Shown: positions 40,759-51,227 of the stretch, piece after piece
Layout of the letters: each line of letters begins with the position of its first letter
How positions within the stretch are numbered: position 1 is the first letter of the stretch
Source: an uncultured Gemmatimonadales bacterium
GTDB taxonomy: Bacteria > Gemmatimonadota > Gemmatimonadetes > Longimicrobiales > RSA9
DNA length: 64,000 bases
NCBI GenBank assembly: GCA_963708135.1
Contig: OY970192.1
Location: forward strand, 3,744,001-3,808,000
Direction of reading: 5' to 3'
Made by a program: the position numbers and the translations under genes
The notes under the pieces: model-generated
Databases searched by the model: none
Seen by the model: the letters and a program-made list of their open reading frames with translations, nothing else
Told to the model about the DNA's origin: nothing

Positions 40759-42780
40759 ATGAGACCGACCATCCACGGCCTGCTGGCCGCGGCCTTCCTG
40801 CTCTCGACCGCGGGCGGGGCGGCCGCGCAGGCGCAGTCGGCGCAGCGCGCGGCGGCCGCGGCGACGCCGCACGTCGCCGCCGGCGACACCTCGATCTTCG
40901 CGCCGCTCGACCTCGGGCCCTCGCCCAGCGAGTTCCGCCTGGGCTCGGGCGAGCCGGGGCCGAAGTACTGGCAGAACCGCGCCGACTACGACCTTGCGGC
41001 CGTCGTGGACACGGCCGCCGGAACGGTGAGCGGCACCATGAAGCTGCGCTACACCAACAACTCGCCCGTGCCGCTCTCCTACGTCTGGTTCCAGACGGAG
41101 CAGAACGCCTTCAAGCCCGGCTCGCTGAACTCCTTCTACTATCCGGAGAATTCGCGCTTCGGCGGGCGCGGCTTCGAGGGCGGCGACGTGTTCGACCGCT
41201 TCGAGGTGACGCTCCCCGGCGGCGCCGCGGCGGCCGTGAAGCCGCGCGTGGAGGGGACGGTGAGCCGGGTCGAGCTGCCGAAGCCGCTCGAGCCCGGCAA
41301 GACGGCGGTGTTCGACGTCGCCTGGCACTTCGAGGTGCCGGAGCACGGCGCCGACCGCATGGGGCGCGATGGCGCGCTCTACGAGGTCGCGCAGTGGTAC
41401 CCGCGCGTGAACGTGTTCGACGACGTGAAGGGGTGGAACACGGAGCCCTACCTGGGACAGGGAGAGTTCTACCTCGAGTACGGCGACTTCGACCTGGCCG
41501 TCACCGTGCCGGCCGGCTACATCGTGGCCGCCACGGGCACGCTCGAGAACCCGCAGGAGGTGCTCACGTCGGCCGAGATCGCGCGGCTGAAGGAGGCGGC
41601 GGGGTCATCGAAGCCGGTCCACATCGTGACCGCGGCCGAGCTCCAGAGCGGCGCCGCGCGCCCGAAGAAGGGCGGCACGCTGACCTGGCACTTCAAGTCG
41701 GAGAACGTCCGCGACGCCGTCTTTGCCGCCTCGCCCGACTACGAGTGGGACGCCGAGGGCTGGAACGGCAGGCTGGCGCAGGCCTACTACCGGCCGAGCG
41801 CGGCGGACACCTGGCAGGACGCGGCCGACCAGGCGCGCATGTCGATCCAGGAGTACTCGGAGCGCTGGTACCCGTACCCGTGGCCGCAGATCTCGGCGGT
41901 CGAGGGGCCGATCAGCGGGATGGAGTACCCGATGCTCGCCATGGAAACGCACAACCGGGACGTGTACTGGCTTTACAACGTGGTGACGCACGAGATCGGG
42001 CACGACTGGTTCCCGATGCTGGTCGGCTCCAACGAGCGCACGCACTTCTGGCAGGACGAGGGCTTCAACACCTTCATCAACACCTTCTCCGAGGCGCGCC
42101 GCTACCCCGACAAGGGGACGCAGCAGGAGCGGATGGCGCGCGCACGGTCGCAGGTCGAGCAGGTCATGGCGCGCGGCATCCCGACGCTCATCGAGGAGCC
42201 CGCGGACCGCGTGAACCCGCGCCTGCTCGGGATCACGGAGTACACGAAGACCTCGGTGGGGCTGGGGCTCCTGCGCGATGAGATCCTCGGGCCCGAGATC
42301 TTCGACGACGCCTTCCGCACCTACATCCGGCGCTGGGCGTTCAAGCACCCGACGCCCACGGACTTCTTCCGCACGATGGAGGACGCCAGCGGAAAGCAGC
42401 TCCAGTGGTTCTGGCGCGAGTGGTTCCTCGAGGACGCCCACTTCGACCAGACCGTGGACACCGTGGCCACGCGCATGCAGGGCGACACGGAGCAGGTGGC
42501 CGTGATGTACGGCAACCGCGCGCGCGGCGTGCTGCCGATCCGCGCGACGTTCACCTTCAGCGACGGCAGCACGCAGGAGCTCGACTACCCGGCGCTGGTC
42601 TGGGCGTCGAACAGCGCGCACTACGTGCGGGAGTACACGTTCACGGGCAAGACGCTCGCCAGGATCGAGCTCGACCCCGACCACCGGCTGGTGGACGTGG
42701 ACCGCTCGAACAACACGTGGACTGCGCCTTCGGGCAACGCCGCAAGCGACGGCTCCGGCCCGCCTCCCTCGCGCCCGTAA
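40759..42780 (+). CDS. Secreted M1 family metallo-aminopeptidase
   Basis: GPKYWQNRADY, AQWYPR, GMEYP, HEIGH...DEG, WAFKHPTP. Confidence 0.93.
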   Translation: MRPTIHGLLAAAFLLSTAGGAAAQAQSAQRAAAAATPHVAAGDTSIFAPLDLGPSPSEFRLGSGEPGPKYWQNRADYDLAAVVDTAAGTVSGTMKLRYTNNSPVPLSYVWFQTEQNAFKPGSLNSFYYPENSRFGGRGFEGGDVFDRFEVTLPGGAAAAVKPRVEGTVSRVELPKPLEPGKTAVFDVAWHFEVPEHGADRMGRDGALYEVAQWYPRVNVFDDVKGWNTEPYLGQGEFYLEYGDFDLAVTVPAGYIVAATGTLENPQEVLTSAEIARLKEAAGSSKPVHIVTAAELQSGAARPKKGGTLTWHFKSENVRDAVFAASPDYEWDAEGWNGRLAQAYYRPSAADTWQDAADQARMSIQEYSERWYPYPWPQISAVEGPISGMEYPMLAMETHNRDVYWLYNVVTHEIGHDWFPMLVGSNERTHFWQDEGFNTFINTFSEARRYPDKGTQQERMARARSQVEQVMARGIPTLIEEPADRVNPRLLGITEYTKTSVGLGLLRDEILGPEIFDDAFRTYIRRWAFKHPTPTDFFRTMEDASGKQLQWFWREWFLEDAHFDQTVDTVATRMQGDTEQVAVMYGNRARGVLPIRATFTFSDGSTQELDYPALVWASNSAHYVREYTFTGKTLARIELDPDHRLVDVDRSNNTWTAPSGNAASDGSGPPPSRP

Positions 42781-42895
42781 CCCGCCCGGCGGACGACCGC
42801 CCCGGGGGCTCGTCCCCCGGGGCACCTCCCACCGAAACCCTTGCCCCGCAGCGGCGGCCCGCCACATCCTGGCCTCACCCCTACCGGAGGTTCGA

Positions 42896-43474
42896 TTGGC
42901 CTCGCGCGAGGAGATCCCCCGACTGGTCCAGGAATGGAGCGACGGCAGCCAGGTCGCGTTCGACCGCCTGGTGACGCTGCTCTACGACGATCTCCGCGAC
43001 CTCGCCCACGCGCACCTGCGCGGCGAGCGGGCGGGCCACACCCTCGACACCACCGCACTCGTGCACGAGGCGTACGTCCAGCTCGCCGGCAACACAGGTC
43101 CGAGCTGGCGGGGACGGGCCCGTTTCTTCGCTTTCCTCTCCAGGGTGATGCGCCACGTGCTCGTGGACTACGCCCGGCGCCGGGGCGCCGCCAAGCGCGG
43201 TGGCGACGCGGTGCGCGTCTCGCTCGAGACGTCGCAGCCGGGGCTGGACTCGGGCGTCGTCGAGCTGCTCGAGCTGAACGAGGCGCTCGAGCGTCTCGCG
43301 CAGAAGGACGCGCAGCTCGCCACGATCGTCGAATGCCGCTTCTTCGGCGGGCTCACGAACGCCGACACGGCCGAGGCGCTCGGCGTCTCCGAGCGCACGA
43401 TCGAGCGCGGCTGGCGGCGCGCGCGGGCGTACCTGTTCAGGATGCTCGCTCCGGAAGTCGTCCAGGACGAGTAG
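42896..43474 (+). CDS. ECF sigma factor, TIGR02999 type
   Basis: GGAGG + TTG start; LYDDLRDLA, HTLDTTALVHEAY, MRHVLVDYAR, AAKRGG, RFFGGL. Confidence 0.92.
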   Translation: MASREEIPRLVQEWSDGSQVAFDRLVTLLYDDLRDLAHAHLRGERAGHTLDTTALVHEAYVQLAGNTGPSWRGRARFFAFLSRVMRHVLVDYARRRGAAKRGGDAVRVSLETSQPGLDSGVVELLELNEALERLAQKDAQLATIVECRFFGGLTNADTAEALGVSERTIERGWRRARAYLFRMLAPEVVQDE

Positions 43475-43499
43475 TCCCGCCTCCAAAGCGACGGTGCCC

Positions 43500-46109
43500 A
43501 TGCGAGACACCGATCCGGGTCAGCGGCAGTGGGAGGAGGTCAACCGGCTCTTCGCGGCCGCGCTCGACCTGCCGCCCGACCGGCGCGAGGCCTTCCTCGA
43601 TGAGCGCTGCGGCGCCGATTTCGAGACGCGCGCCGCCGTGCTCTCCCTGCTGCGGGCGGAGCGCGACTCCGAGGGGCTTTTCGAGGCGCCCGATGTGGCC
43701 ACCGCGCGCGAGGCGCTCCGGGAGCTCGCCTCGGGCGCGGAGCCCGCCGTCGAGACCGGCGGCCTCGAGCGCGTGGGCCCGTACCGGCTGGTGCGCCGGA
43801 TCGGCCGCGGCGGGATGGGCTCCGTCTTCCTGGCCGAGCGTGAAGGCGCCGACTTCGAGCAGCGCGTGGCCGTGAAGCTGCTCCGCCGCGGCATGGACAC
43901 GGACGACGTCGTGCGCCGCTTTCTCACCGAGCGCCGCATCCTCGCCGCGCTCAAGCACCCCAACATCGCACACCTCTACGACGGCGGCTCGACCGACGAC
44001 GGCCAGCCGTTCCTCGTCATGGAGTATGTCAACGGCGCGCCGATCACCGAGTATTGCGACGCGGGGCGCCTGCCGCTCCCGCGCCGCCTCGACCTCTTCC
44101 TGCGCGTGGCCGACGCCGTCCGCTACGCCCACGCACAACTCGTCATCCACCGCGACCTCAAGCCCTCCAACATCCTGGTCACCCGCGAGGGACGCGTGAA
44201 GCTGCTCGACTTCGGCATCGCCAGGATCCTCGATCCCGCCGAAGGCGACGATGCCGCGCCGCTCACCCGCACCGGCCTGCGCGTGCTCACGCCCGAGTAC
44301 GCCAGCCCCGAGCAGCTCTCGGGCACGGCGATCACGACCGCGTCGGACGTCTACCAGCTCGGCATCCTGCTCTTCGTCCTCCTCACCGGCCGCCGCCCCT
44401 TCGGCCGCCGTCGTACCCGCACGCCCACCGCCGCGCCGGAGGCGGAGCTCACCGCCGAGCGCGCCAGCGCCGTCGTCGCTTCGGGCGAGGATGCCGCGCG
44501 CCTCGGGCGGCTGCGGGGCACTACGCCGGAGCGGCTGCGCCGCGCGCTGCGCGGTGATCTCGACACCATCGTCCAGAAGGCGCTGCGCGAGGAGCCGGAG
44601 CGCCGCTACACCTCCGTCGAGCAGCTCGCCGACGACGTCCGCCGCCACCTCGACGGCCGTCCCGTTCGCGCCCGGCCCGACACGCTCCGCTACCGGACCG
44701 CCACATTCCTCCGCCGCCACCGCTGGGTGGCGCCGGTCGCCGTCTCGGCGCTGGTCTCGCTCGCCCTCTACGTGGGCGGCTCGGTGCGGAACGCGAGACG
44801 GCTCGAGCGCGAGCGCGACCGGGCGGAGCAGGCGGCGGTTCTCGCGCGCCGCGAGGCCGCGACCGCCCGCGCCGTCACCGACTTCCTGACCGGCCTCTTC
44901 CGCAGCGCCGATCCCCAGCGGATGGCCGGCGACACGGTCTCGTTGCTGGGCGTCGTGCAGCGGGGCGCCGTTCGGATCCGCACCCGGCTCGGCGGACAGC
45001 CGTACGTCCGTGCCGAGCTCCTGCGCGCCCTGGGCGAAGCGTTTTCCGGCCTGGGGCGCTTCGACCAGGCGGACTCCCTCCTGAACGAGGCGGTCGGCCT
45101 GGCGCGCGGCGACCCGGCCCCGGACAGCGCCCTGTCGATCCAGGTCCTCCGCAGCCTCGGCAGCAACGATCTCGCGGCCGATGACTACCTCGCCGCCGAC
45201 ACCGTCCTTCGGCACCTCCTGGCGGACCAGCTCGGACGGCCCGGACCGTCCGACACGGCCATCGCTTCCATCCTCGTGGACCTGGCAAACGCGCGGACGT
45301 ACCTCGGACCGGCAGATTCCGCCGTCGCGCTCGCCCGCCGCGCCGTAGCCCTGCACCGCGCCGCCGGCGACACGACGGGCAGGGGCTTCCTGGACAGCCT
45401 GGAGGCGCTCGGGCCCGCGCTCCGCGCGGCCGGCGCGCTCGATTCCGCCGAGGCCGTCTACCGCGACGTGCTGGACCGCGAGATCGTCCGCTTCGGCGCC
45501 ACCGATCTGCGCGTTGCCGTGACCGAGAACAACCTCGGCTACCTCCTCCGCACCCGCGGCGATTTCGAGGCCGCCGCGCTCCACTACCGCCGCGCGCTCG
45601 GAGTCGTGGAGGGCGCCCTCGGCCCGGACCACCCGCTCGCGATCCGGACACGCGGGAACCTGGGCGGCGCGCTCGAGGGGCTCGGCCGCCTGGACGAGGT
45701 CGAGGCCCTGGTCCGGAAGCAGATCGCGATCGCCGAGGCGCGCTGGCCGGAGGGCCACTGGCGCGTCGGCGAGCAGTACAGCGTGCTCGGACGTCTCTTC
45801 CTGCGCCACGATCGCTACGCCAATGCCGTCGCCCCCCTCCGCGCCGCATTCCGCAGCTACAGCGGTGCGCTCGGCCCGCGGCACGAGTGGACGCTGGTTG
45901 CACGCACGTGGCACGGGGCGGCGCTGCTGCTCGCCGGCAGAAGCGCCGAGGCGGAGGCCGCTCTTGGCCCCTCGTACCGCGTGCTACGCGGCCGGACCGC
46001 GGGCCTGGGGCGGGGCACGCGCTTTCAGCTGGGCGCGGTGGCCGATCTGCTCGAGGCGCACGGCCACCTCGACCGGGCTCGGCGCTACCGGCGGCTGCTC
46101 CAGGACTGA
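43500..46109 (+). CDS. Membrane Ser/Thr kinase with TPR repeats
   Basis: IGRGGMGSV, VAVK, HRDLKPSN, DFG, TPEYASPEQ, GDLDTIV; TM helix; TPR repeats (NNLG, GPDHP). Confidence 0.93.
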   Translation: MRDTDPGQRQWEEVNRLFAAALDLPPDRREAFLDERCGADFETRAAVLSLLRAERDSEGLFEAPDVATAREALRELASGAEPAVETGGLERVGPYRLVRRIGRGGMGSVFLAEREGADFEQRVAVKLLRRGMDTDDVVRRFLTERRILAALKHPNIAHLYDGGSTDDGQPFLVMEYVNGAPITEYCDAGRLPLPRRLDLFLRVADAVRYAHAQLVIHRDLKPSNILVTREGRVKLLDFGIARILDPAEGDDAAPLTRTGLRVLTPEYASPEQLSGTAITTASDVYQLGILLFVLLTGRRPFGRRRTRTPTAAPEAELTAERASAVVASGEDAARLGRLRGTTPERLRRALRGDLDTIVQKALREEPERRYTSVEQLADDVRRHLDGRPVRARPDTLRYRTATFLRRHRWVAPVAVSALVSLALYVGGSVRNARRLERERDRAEQAAVLARREAATARAVTDFLTGLFRSADPQRMAGDTVSLLGVVQRGAVRIRTRLGGQPYVRAELLRALGEAFSGLGRFDQADSLLNEAVGLARGDPAPDSALSIQVLRSLGSNDLAADDYLAADTVLRHLLADQLGRPGPSDTAIASILVDLANARTYLGPADSAVALARRAVALHRAAGDTTGRGFLDSLEALGPALRAAGALDSAEAVYRDVLDREIVRFGATDLRVAVTENNLGYLLRTRGDFEAAALHYRRALGVVEGALGPDHPLAIRTRGNLGGALEGLGRLDEVEALVRKQIAIAEARWPEGHWRVGEQYSVLGRLFLRHDRYANAVAPLRAAFRSYSGALGPRHEWTLVARTWHGAALLLAGRSAEAEAALGPSYRVLRGRTAGLGRGTRFQLGAVADLLEAHGHLDRARRYRRLLQD

Positions 46110-46328
46110 TCCGGGACCGTCCGCCCTCCGGGCACGTCCTGCCCGCCCCTCCTCCCCACGCCCCCGGGCGCTCCGGCCCGGCACCGGCGAGCGTGATGGC
46201 CCGTGACAGAGGGCACGAGGTCCGCGCATCTTCAGCGGGTCGCGCCGCACCCGGTCGGCTCCTGACGGCCGGGCCGCGGCCGCCGGCGTGACCGCCGGCG
46301 TGGAATCCGGTGCTCGACGGGAGCGGCA

Positions 46329-46709
46329 GTGGCGGGACGCGAAGGCTGGCGTACGATCGAGGTGGACGGCTTCGAGGTGCTGGTGGGGAAGAGCGCCCGG
46401 GACAACGACCGGCTTTCCCTGCGCATCGCCGACCCGCGCGACTTCTGGTTGCACGCGGCCGGCTTCGCCGGCAGCCACGTGGTGGTGCGCAATCCGGACG
46501 CGCTGCCGGCGCTGCCGCGCGAGACCCTCGAGCGCGTGGCCGCGCTCGCGGCGTTCCACTCCAGGGCCAGGAACGCGCGCGGCAAGGTCGCGGTGCACGC
46601 CTGCCGCGCCGCCGACGTCCGCAAGCCGCGCGGCGCACCCGCCGGGCAGGTCGAGCTCAGGCGATGGGAGAGCGTCAAGGTGTACCCGCGCGATGTGGAG
46701 GGCGCCTGA
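46329..46709 (+). CDS. Stand-alone NFACT RNA-binding (DUF814) domain protein
   Basis: VLVGKSARDNDRLS, DFWLHAAGFAGSHVVV, LAAFHSRA, VRKPRGAPAGQV. Confidence 0.88.
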   Translation: MAGREGWRTIEVDGFEVLVGKSARDNDRLSLRIADPRDFWLHAAGFAGSHVVVRNPDALPALPRETLERVAALAAFHSRARNARGKVAVHACRAADVRKPRGAPAGQVELRRWESVKVYPRDVEGA

Positions 46710-46804
46710 GTCCGCCGCCGCGGCCGACCCTGTTGCGGCGGGCGACGGGGGGCGGAGCGCTCGCCGCCCCCCCGGGATGAGAAGTCGAGCGCGTCCCATT
46801 TCCT

Positions 46805-47069
46805 GTGGGCGCCATCTCCGACACCCTCACCTATACCGTCACCGTGACGAACAACGGCCTGGTGGCGGTCACGCTGGACCGGCACGTGCGCGACCGGCGG
46901 CACGATCGCCGCCAACGGCACCTATCAATGCTCGTTCCAGAAGACCCTGAGCGGCGCGCCGGGCGGCTCGCAGACCAACATCGTGACCGCCAAGGCGTCG
47001 GATGACGACGGCAACCCCGCCACCGCTACCGCCAGCGTCACGGTGACGTACGGCGGCGGCTCGCCATAA
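46805..47069 (+). pseudogene. Remnant of an Ig-like surface repeat domain (DUF11/DUF7507-like)
   Basis: DTLTYTVTVTNNGLVAVTL, then in a shifted frame GTCATGGTIAANGTYQCSF...QTNIVTAKASDDDGNPATATASVTVT*. Confidence 0.65.
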
Positions 47070-47433
47070 CCTTCCCCGGAGTGGGCGCGGCGCGCAGTCT
47101 GGCGCCGCGCCCACCCCGCTCCACCCGGCGGCTGGCTATTGCCCGCCGCCCCCGCCCTCTCCTCGCCGTTGCCGTTTCGGCCACGAGGAGATCCAGCTCC
47201 GAGCGCGGCTCGTAGCCGGCCATGGCGTCTGGCGCCGACCGGACGACTGAATCGACCCGCTGACTGTGGCTCCATGGCCCGATCCGCCGCGTGCGCCTGT
47301 CCAGCACGATGCGGACGAACTGACCGCCTTCCCTCGGCAGGAGGGCGACGGCACCCGCGTCCGCCTTGACTTCCCCGCTCCCCGGCGAGACCATGGCCTC
47401 AGCCGCCAGCCCACCCGAGCCCGGGAGTCTTCC

Positions 47434-48774
47434 ATGCCGGACGCCATGCTGGAATCCGCGCCGTCGGCCGCGAGCCTCGTCGCGGAGCAGAGCAGCTACA
47501 TCTTCCCCGCCGTCAAGCCGTACTACCGCGAGCCGCTGGTCCTGACGGAGGGCCAGGGCGTCTGGGCGCGGGACGCGGCGGGCACGGAGTACCTCGACCT
47601 CTTCGCCGGCATCCTCACCACGAGCCTCGGCCACTGCCATCCGGCGGTCGTCGAGGCCGTGCGCGAGCAGGCGGGGCGGCTCGGGCACACCTCGACCCTC
47701 TACGTGACCGAGCCGCAGGTCGAGGCGGCCCGCCGCCTGGCCGCGATCGCGCCGGGCGCGCTGCAGAAGACCTTCTTCACCAACAGCGGCACGGAGGCGA
47801 TCGAGACCGCCATCACCGCGGCCCGGCTCTACACGGGCCGGACCGAGGTGGTGGCGCTGCGCCTGGCGTACCACGGGCGCAGCGCGCTGGCGACGTCGCT
47901 CACCGCGCACGCGCCATGGCGGCCGCTCCCGGCGCCCGCGGCCGGGTTCACGCACGCCCTCTCGCCCTACCCCTACCGGTGCCCGTTCCGTCAGCCGTGC
48001 GACGAGGGCTGCGTCGAGCGCTTCGCGGATGATGTCGAGCAGGCCATCCGGACCACCACCAACGGGCGGCCGGCCGCGTTCATCGCCGAGACGATCCAGG
48101 GCGTGGGCGGCTACATCGTGCCGCCGCCGGGCTACTTCCAGCGCGTGGCCGAGATCATCCACGCCTTCGGCGGCCTGCTCATCATCGACGAGGTGCAGGC
48201 GGGCTTTGGCCGCACCGGCGATCACTGGTTCGGCATCGAGCACTGGGGCGTCGAGCCCGACATCATGGTCATGGCCAAGGGGATCGCCGGCGGCCTGCCC
48301 GTGGGCGCCACCATCGCGCGCGACGAGATCGCCGATGCCTGGACGGCCAAGACGATCTCGACCTTCGGCGGCAACCCGATCAGCATGGCCGCCATGAGCG
48401 CCACGCTCGACGTCATGGTGGCCGAGGACGTGCCCGCCCGCGCCGCCGAGCGCGGCGCCCAGCTGCGAGCGGGCCTCGAGACGCTGGCCGAGCGCTACCC
48501 CTGGATCGGCGACGCCCGCGGCATGGGCCTCATGCAGGCGCTCGAGCTGGTGCGCGACCCGGCGACGAAGGAGCCGGACGCCAGGCGCGCGGCCGCGCTC
48601 CTGGAGGCGACGCGCGAGGAGCGCGTGCTGGTCGGCCTGGGCGGGCTCTTCGGCAACGTCGTGCGCATCGGCCCCTCGCTCCTCATCACGGAGGAGGAGA
48701 CGGCGGAGGGGATCGCCCGCCTCGGGCGCGCCTGCGAGCGCGCGGACCGCGAGGGATCGGCAGCCGCGCGGTGA
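47434..48774 (+). CDS. Class III PLP aminotransferase
   Basis: YLDLFAGI, NSGTEA, AYHG, ETIQGVGG, DEVQAGFGRTG, MAKGIAGG, STFGGNP. Confidence 0.93.
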   Translation: MPDAMLESAPSAASLVAEQSSYIFPAVKPYYREPLVLTEGQGVWARDAAGTEYLDLFAGILTTSLGHCHPAVVEAVREQAGRLGHTSTLYVTEPQVEAARRLAAIAPGALQKTFFTNSGTEAIETAITAARLYTGRTEVVALRLAYHGRSALATSLTAHAPWRPLPAPAAGFTHALSPYPYRCPFRQPCDEGCVERFADDVEQAIRTTTNGRPAAFIAETIQGVGGYIVPPPGYFQRVAEIIHAFGGLLIIDEVQAGFGRTGDHWFGIEHWGVEPDIMVMAKGIAGGLPVGATIARDEIADAWTAKTISTFGGNPISMAAMSATLDVMVAEDVPARAAERGAQLRAGLETLAERYPWIGDARGMGLMQALELVRDPATKEPDARRAAALLEATREERVLVGLGGLFGNVVRIGPSLLITEEETAEGIARLGRACERADREGSAAAR

Positions 48775-50294
48775 GCGGCCGGCCGGCGATCATCGGCGTC
48801 GTCGTCGCCTACCTGCTGGTCCTGCTGGGGGTCGGCCTCTGGGGCAGCCGCGACAGCGCCACGGTGCGGGACTACTTCGTGGCGGGGAAGAAGCTGCCCT
48901 CCTGGGTGATCGCCTTCAGCTCGAACGCGACCGGCGAGAGCGCGTGGCTGCTGCTCGGGCTCACGGGGATGGGCTACGCCATCGGCGTGCACGCGCTCTG
49001 GATCATCGTGGGCGAGGTCTCGGGGGTGGCGGCGTCGTGGGCGTTCGTGGCGCGGCCGTTCAAGGCCTACACGGACCGCTACGACTCGATCACCATCCCG
49101 GACTACCTGACCGACCGGTTCCAGGACCGCCGCCACGTCTTCCGGCTGCTCAGCGCCGTGATCATCCTGGCCATGGTCGCCGCCTACACGGCCGCGCAGC
49201 TCACGGCCACCGGCAAGGCGTTCCACTCCTTCCTCGGCACCAGCTACACGGCGGGCGTCTGGATCGGCACGGTGGTCGTGCTCTTCTACACGAGCGTCGG
49301 CGGCTTCAAGGCGGTGGCGTACACGGACCTGCTCCAGGGGCTGCTGATGCTCGGCTGCCTGCTCACGCTTCCCGTCGTCGGCATTGCCGCCGTGGGCGGC
49401 TGGGGCCCGCTCGTGGCCGGGCTCCGCGCCGCCGACCCGGCGCTGCTGCGGCCGATGGGCTCCTTCGGCCTCTCGCTCGCCGGCGTGATCAGCGCGGCGG
49501 GCTTCGTCGGCATCGGACTGGCGTTTCTCGGCGCGCCGCAGCTGCTCATCCGCTTCATGGCCGCACGCGACATGCGCCAGATCGTCCAGGCCGGTCCGAT
49601 CGCCGTGCTGTGCGTGGCCGGCTTCGATGTCGGCGCGGTCCTGGCCGGCATGGCCGGCCGGGTGCTGTTCCCCGCGCTGGCGGACCCGGAGACGGTGCTG
49701 CCGCGCATGAGCGGCGCGCTGCTGCCGTCGCTCTTCACGGGGCTGTTCCTCGTGGCGGTGCTCGCCGCCATCATGTCCACGGTCAACTCGCTGCTGATCA
49801 TGGCGTCGTCGTCCGTGGTCCGGGACGTCATCCAGAAGATCCTGCGGCCCGACCTGGCCGAGCGCTCGCTCTCCACCGTGGGCAAGCTCGTGACCGTGGT
49901 GCTCGGCGCCGTGGCGGCCGCGTTCGCGCTCGCGCAGGCGCGCATGATCTTCTGGTTCGTGCTCTTCGCCTGGTCCGGCCTGGCCTGCGCCTTCACGCCG
50001 GTCGTGCTCTGCTCCCTCTTCTGGAAGCGGACCACGCGCGCCGGCGCCGTCGCCGGCATGGCCGGCGGCTTCCTCGCCACGGTCCTATGGGCCACGCTGC
50101 TCAAGGCCCACTTCTACAACCTTTACGAGATGCTGCCGGGCTTCGCGGTCGGCTTCGCGCTCACCATCGTGGTCAGCCTGCTGACGCGCCCGCCGGAGGG
50201 GGCGGCAGCGGAGATGGAGGCAGTAAGAGCCGACGCCGGCATGCGGCCGCGCCGCCAACGCGCCCGAGACGCCGTGGTCATGCCGGCCCCCTGA
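48771..50294 (+). CDS. Sodium:solute symporter (PutP-like)
   Basis: DYFVAGK, ATGESAWLLLGL, GGFKAVAYTD, LAAIMST, VLFAWSGL; GTGA coupling to the aminotransferase. Confidence 0.9.
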   Translation: MSGRPAIIGVVVAYLLVLLGVGLWGSRDSATVRDYFVAGKKLPSWVIAFSSNATGESAWLLLGLTGMGYAIGVHALWIIVGEVSGVAASWAFVARPFKAYTDRYDSITIPDYLTDRFQDRRHVFRLLSAVIILAMVAAYTAAQLTATGKAFHSFLGTSYTAGVWIGTVVVLFYTSVGGFKAVAYTDLLQGLLMLGCLLTLPVVGIAAVGGWGPLVAGLRAADPALLRPMGSFGLSLAGVISAAGFVGIGLAFLGAPQLLIRFMAARDMRQIVQAGPIAVLCVAGFDVGAVLAGMAGRVLFPALADPETVLPRMSGALLPSLFTGLFLVAVLAAIMSTVNSLLIMASSSVVRDVIQKILRPDLAERSLSTVGKLVTVVLGAVAAAFALAQARMIFWFVLFAWSGLACAFTPVVLCSLFWKRTTRAGAVAGMAGGFLATVLWATLLKAHFYNLYEMLPGFAVGFALTIVVSLLTRPPEGAAAEMEAVRADAGMRPRRQRARDAVVMPAP

Positions 50295-50309
50295 CCCGCC
50301 GCAACGCCA

Positions 50310-51041
50310 CTACTCGGAGCGGCTCGCCGCCCGCTCCGGCGTCCAGCGCACCGGCTGCTCGCGCCACAGCGCCGGCAGCTGGCGTTCGAGCGCCCTCAGC
50401 TTCGGCAGGTCGTTGATGACGATGTAGGGCTGGCTCGGGTGGTGGATCAGGTAGTCCTGGTGGTAGGTCTCCGCCGGGTAGAAGCCGCCGAGCGCGTTGA
50501 CCTCCGTCACGATCGGCCGCGAGAACGTCTTCGCCGCGGTGAGCTGCGCGATGTAGGCGCGCGCCGCCCGCGCCTGCTGCGGGGTCGTGTACCAGATCGC
50601 CGAGCGGTACTGCGGGCCGTGGTCCGGCCCCTGGCGGTCGAGCTGCGTGGGGTCGTGCGCGACCGAGAAGAAGACCCGGAGCAGATCGCCGAAGGAGACC
50701 TGGCCGGGATCGTAGACCACGTGCACCGACTCCGCGTGCCCCGTGTCGCCGGTGCTCACCTGAGGGTAGGTGGCGGTGCCCGCCCCACCGCCGGCGTAGC
50801 CCGCCGTGGCGGCGATGACGCCCTTCACATGCTCGAACACCGCCTGCACGCCCCAGAAGCAGCCGCCGGAGAAGACCACGCTCTGCTCGCCCGCACCCGC
50901 CGCGAGCGCCACGTCCGCGGACGGCGCCGGCAGGCTGCCCCGCCCCGGCCCCGCGAAGAGCCCGCGCGCGCCCCCGAGGAGGAGCGTCGCCGCCGCCGCC
51001 ACGCCCAGCACCGCGCTACCTGCCGCCAGCCTGCGATCCAT
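50310..51041 (-). CDS. msrA: Exported peptide-methionine (S)-sulfoxide reductase
   Basis: GGCFWG, TGHAESV, HDPTQLDRQGPD.G.QYRSAI, AETYHQDY; N-terminal signal. Confidence 0.95.
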   Translation of the reverse strand: MDRRLAAGSAVLGVAAAATLLLGGARGLFAGPGRGSLPAPSADVALAAGAGEQSVVFSGGCFWGVQAVFEHVKGVIAATAGYAGGGAGTATYPQVSTGDTGHAESVHVVYDPGQVSFGDLLRVFFSVAHDPTQLDRQGPDHGPQYRSAIWYTTPQQARAARAYIAQLTAAKTFSRPIVTEVNALGGFYPAETYHQDYLIHHPSQPYIVINDLPKLRALERQLPALWREQPVRWTPERAASRSE

Positions 51042-51227
51042 GACCACGCCCTCCGCTCCGGGGTCTGCCGCGTCTCCGCCTCCCATCCTGAAACCGGGCC
51101 GGCGGGCGGGAGGTTCCACGTGCGGAGGGCCAGGCCCGGTGGAGCTCGTGAAGCGGATCGGGATCGCGGCGTCCGCGGCGGCCGGGGAGGAAGTCGGGGA
51201 CTCCCGGGGTGGGCAGCGTTCGGGAGC

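Noticed and set aside
40481..40762. 93-aa ORF between the K+ channel and the M1 peptidase
   Set aside because: No recognisable motif, weak RBS and a low-complexity second half; cannot be supported.
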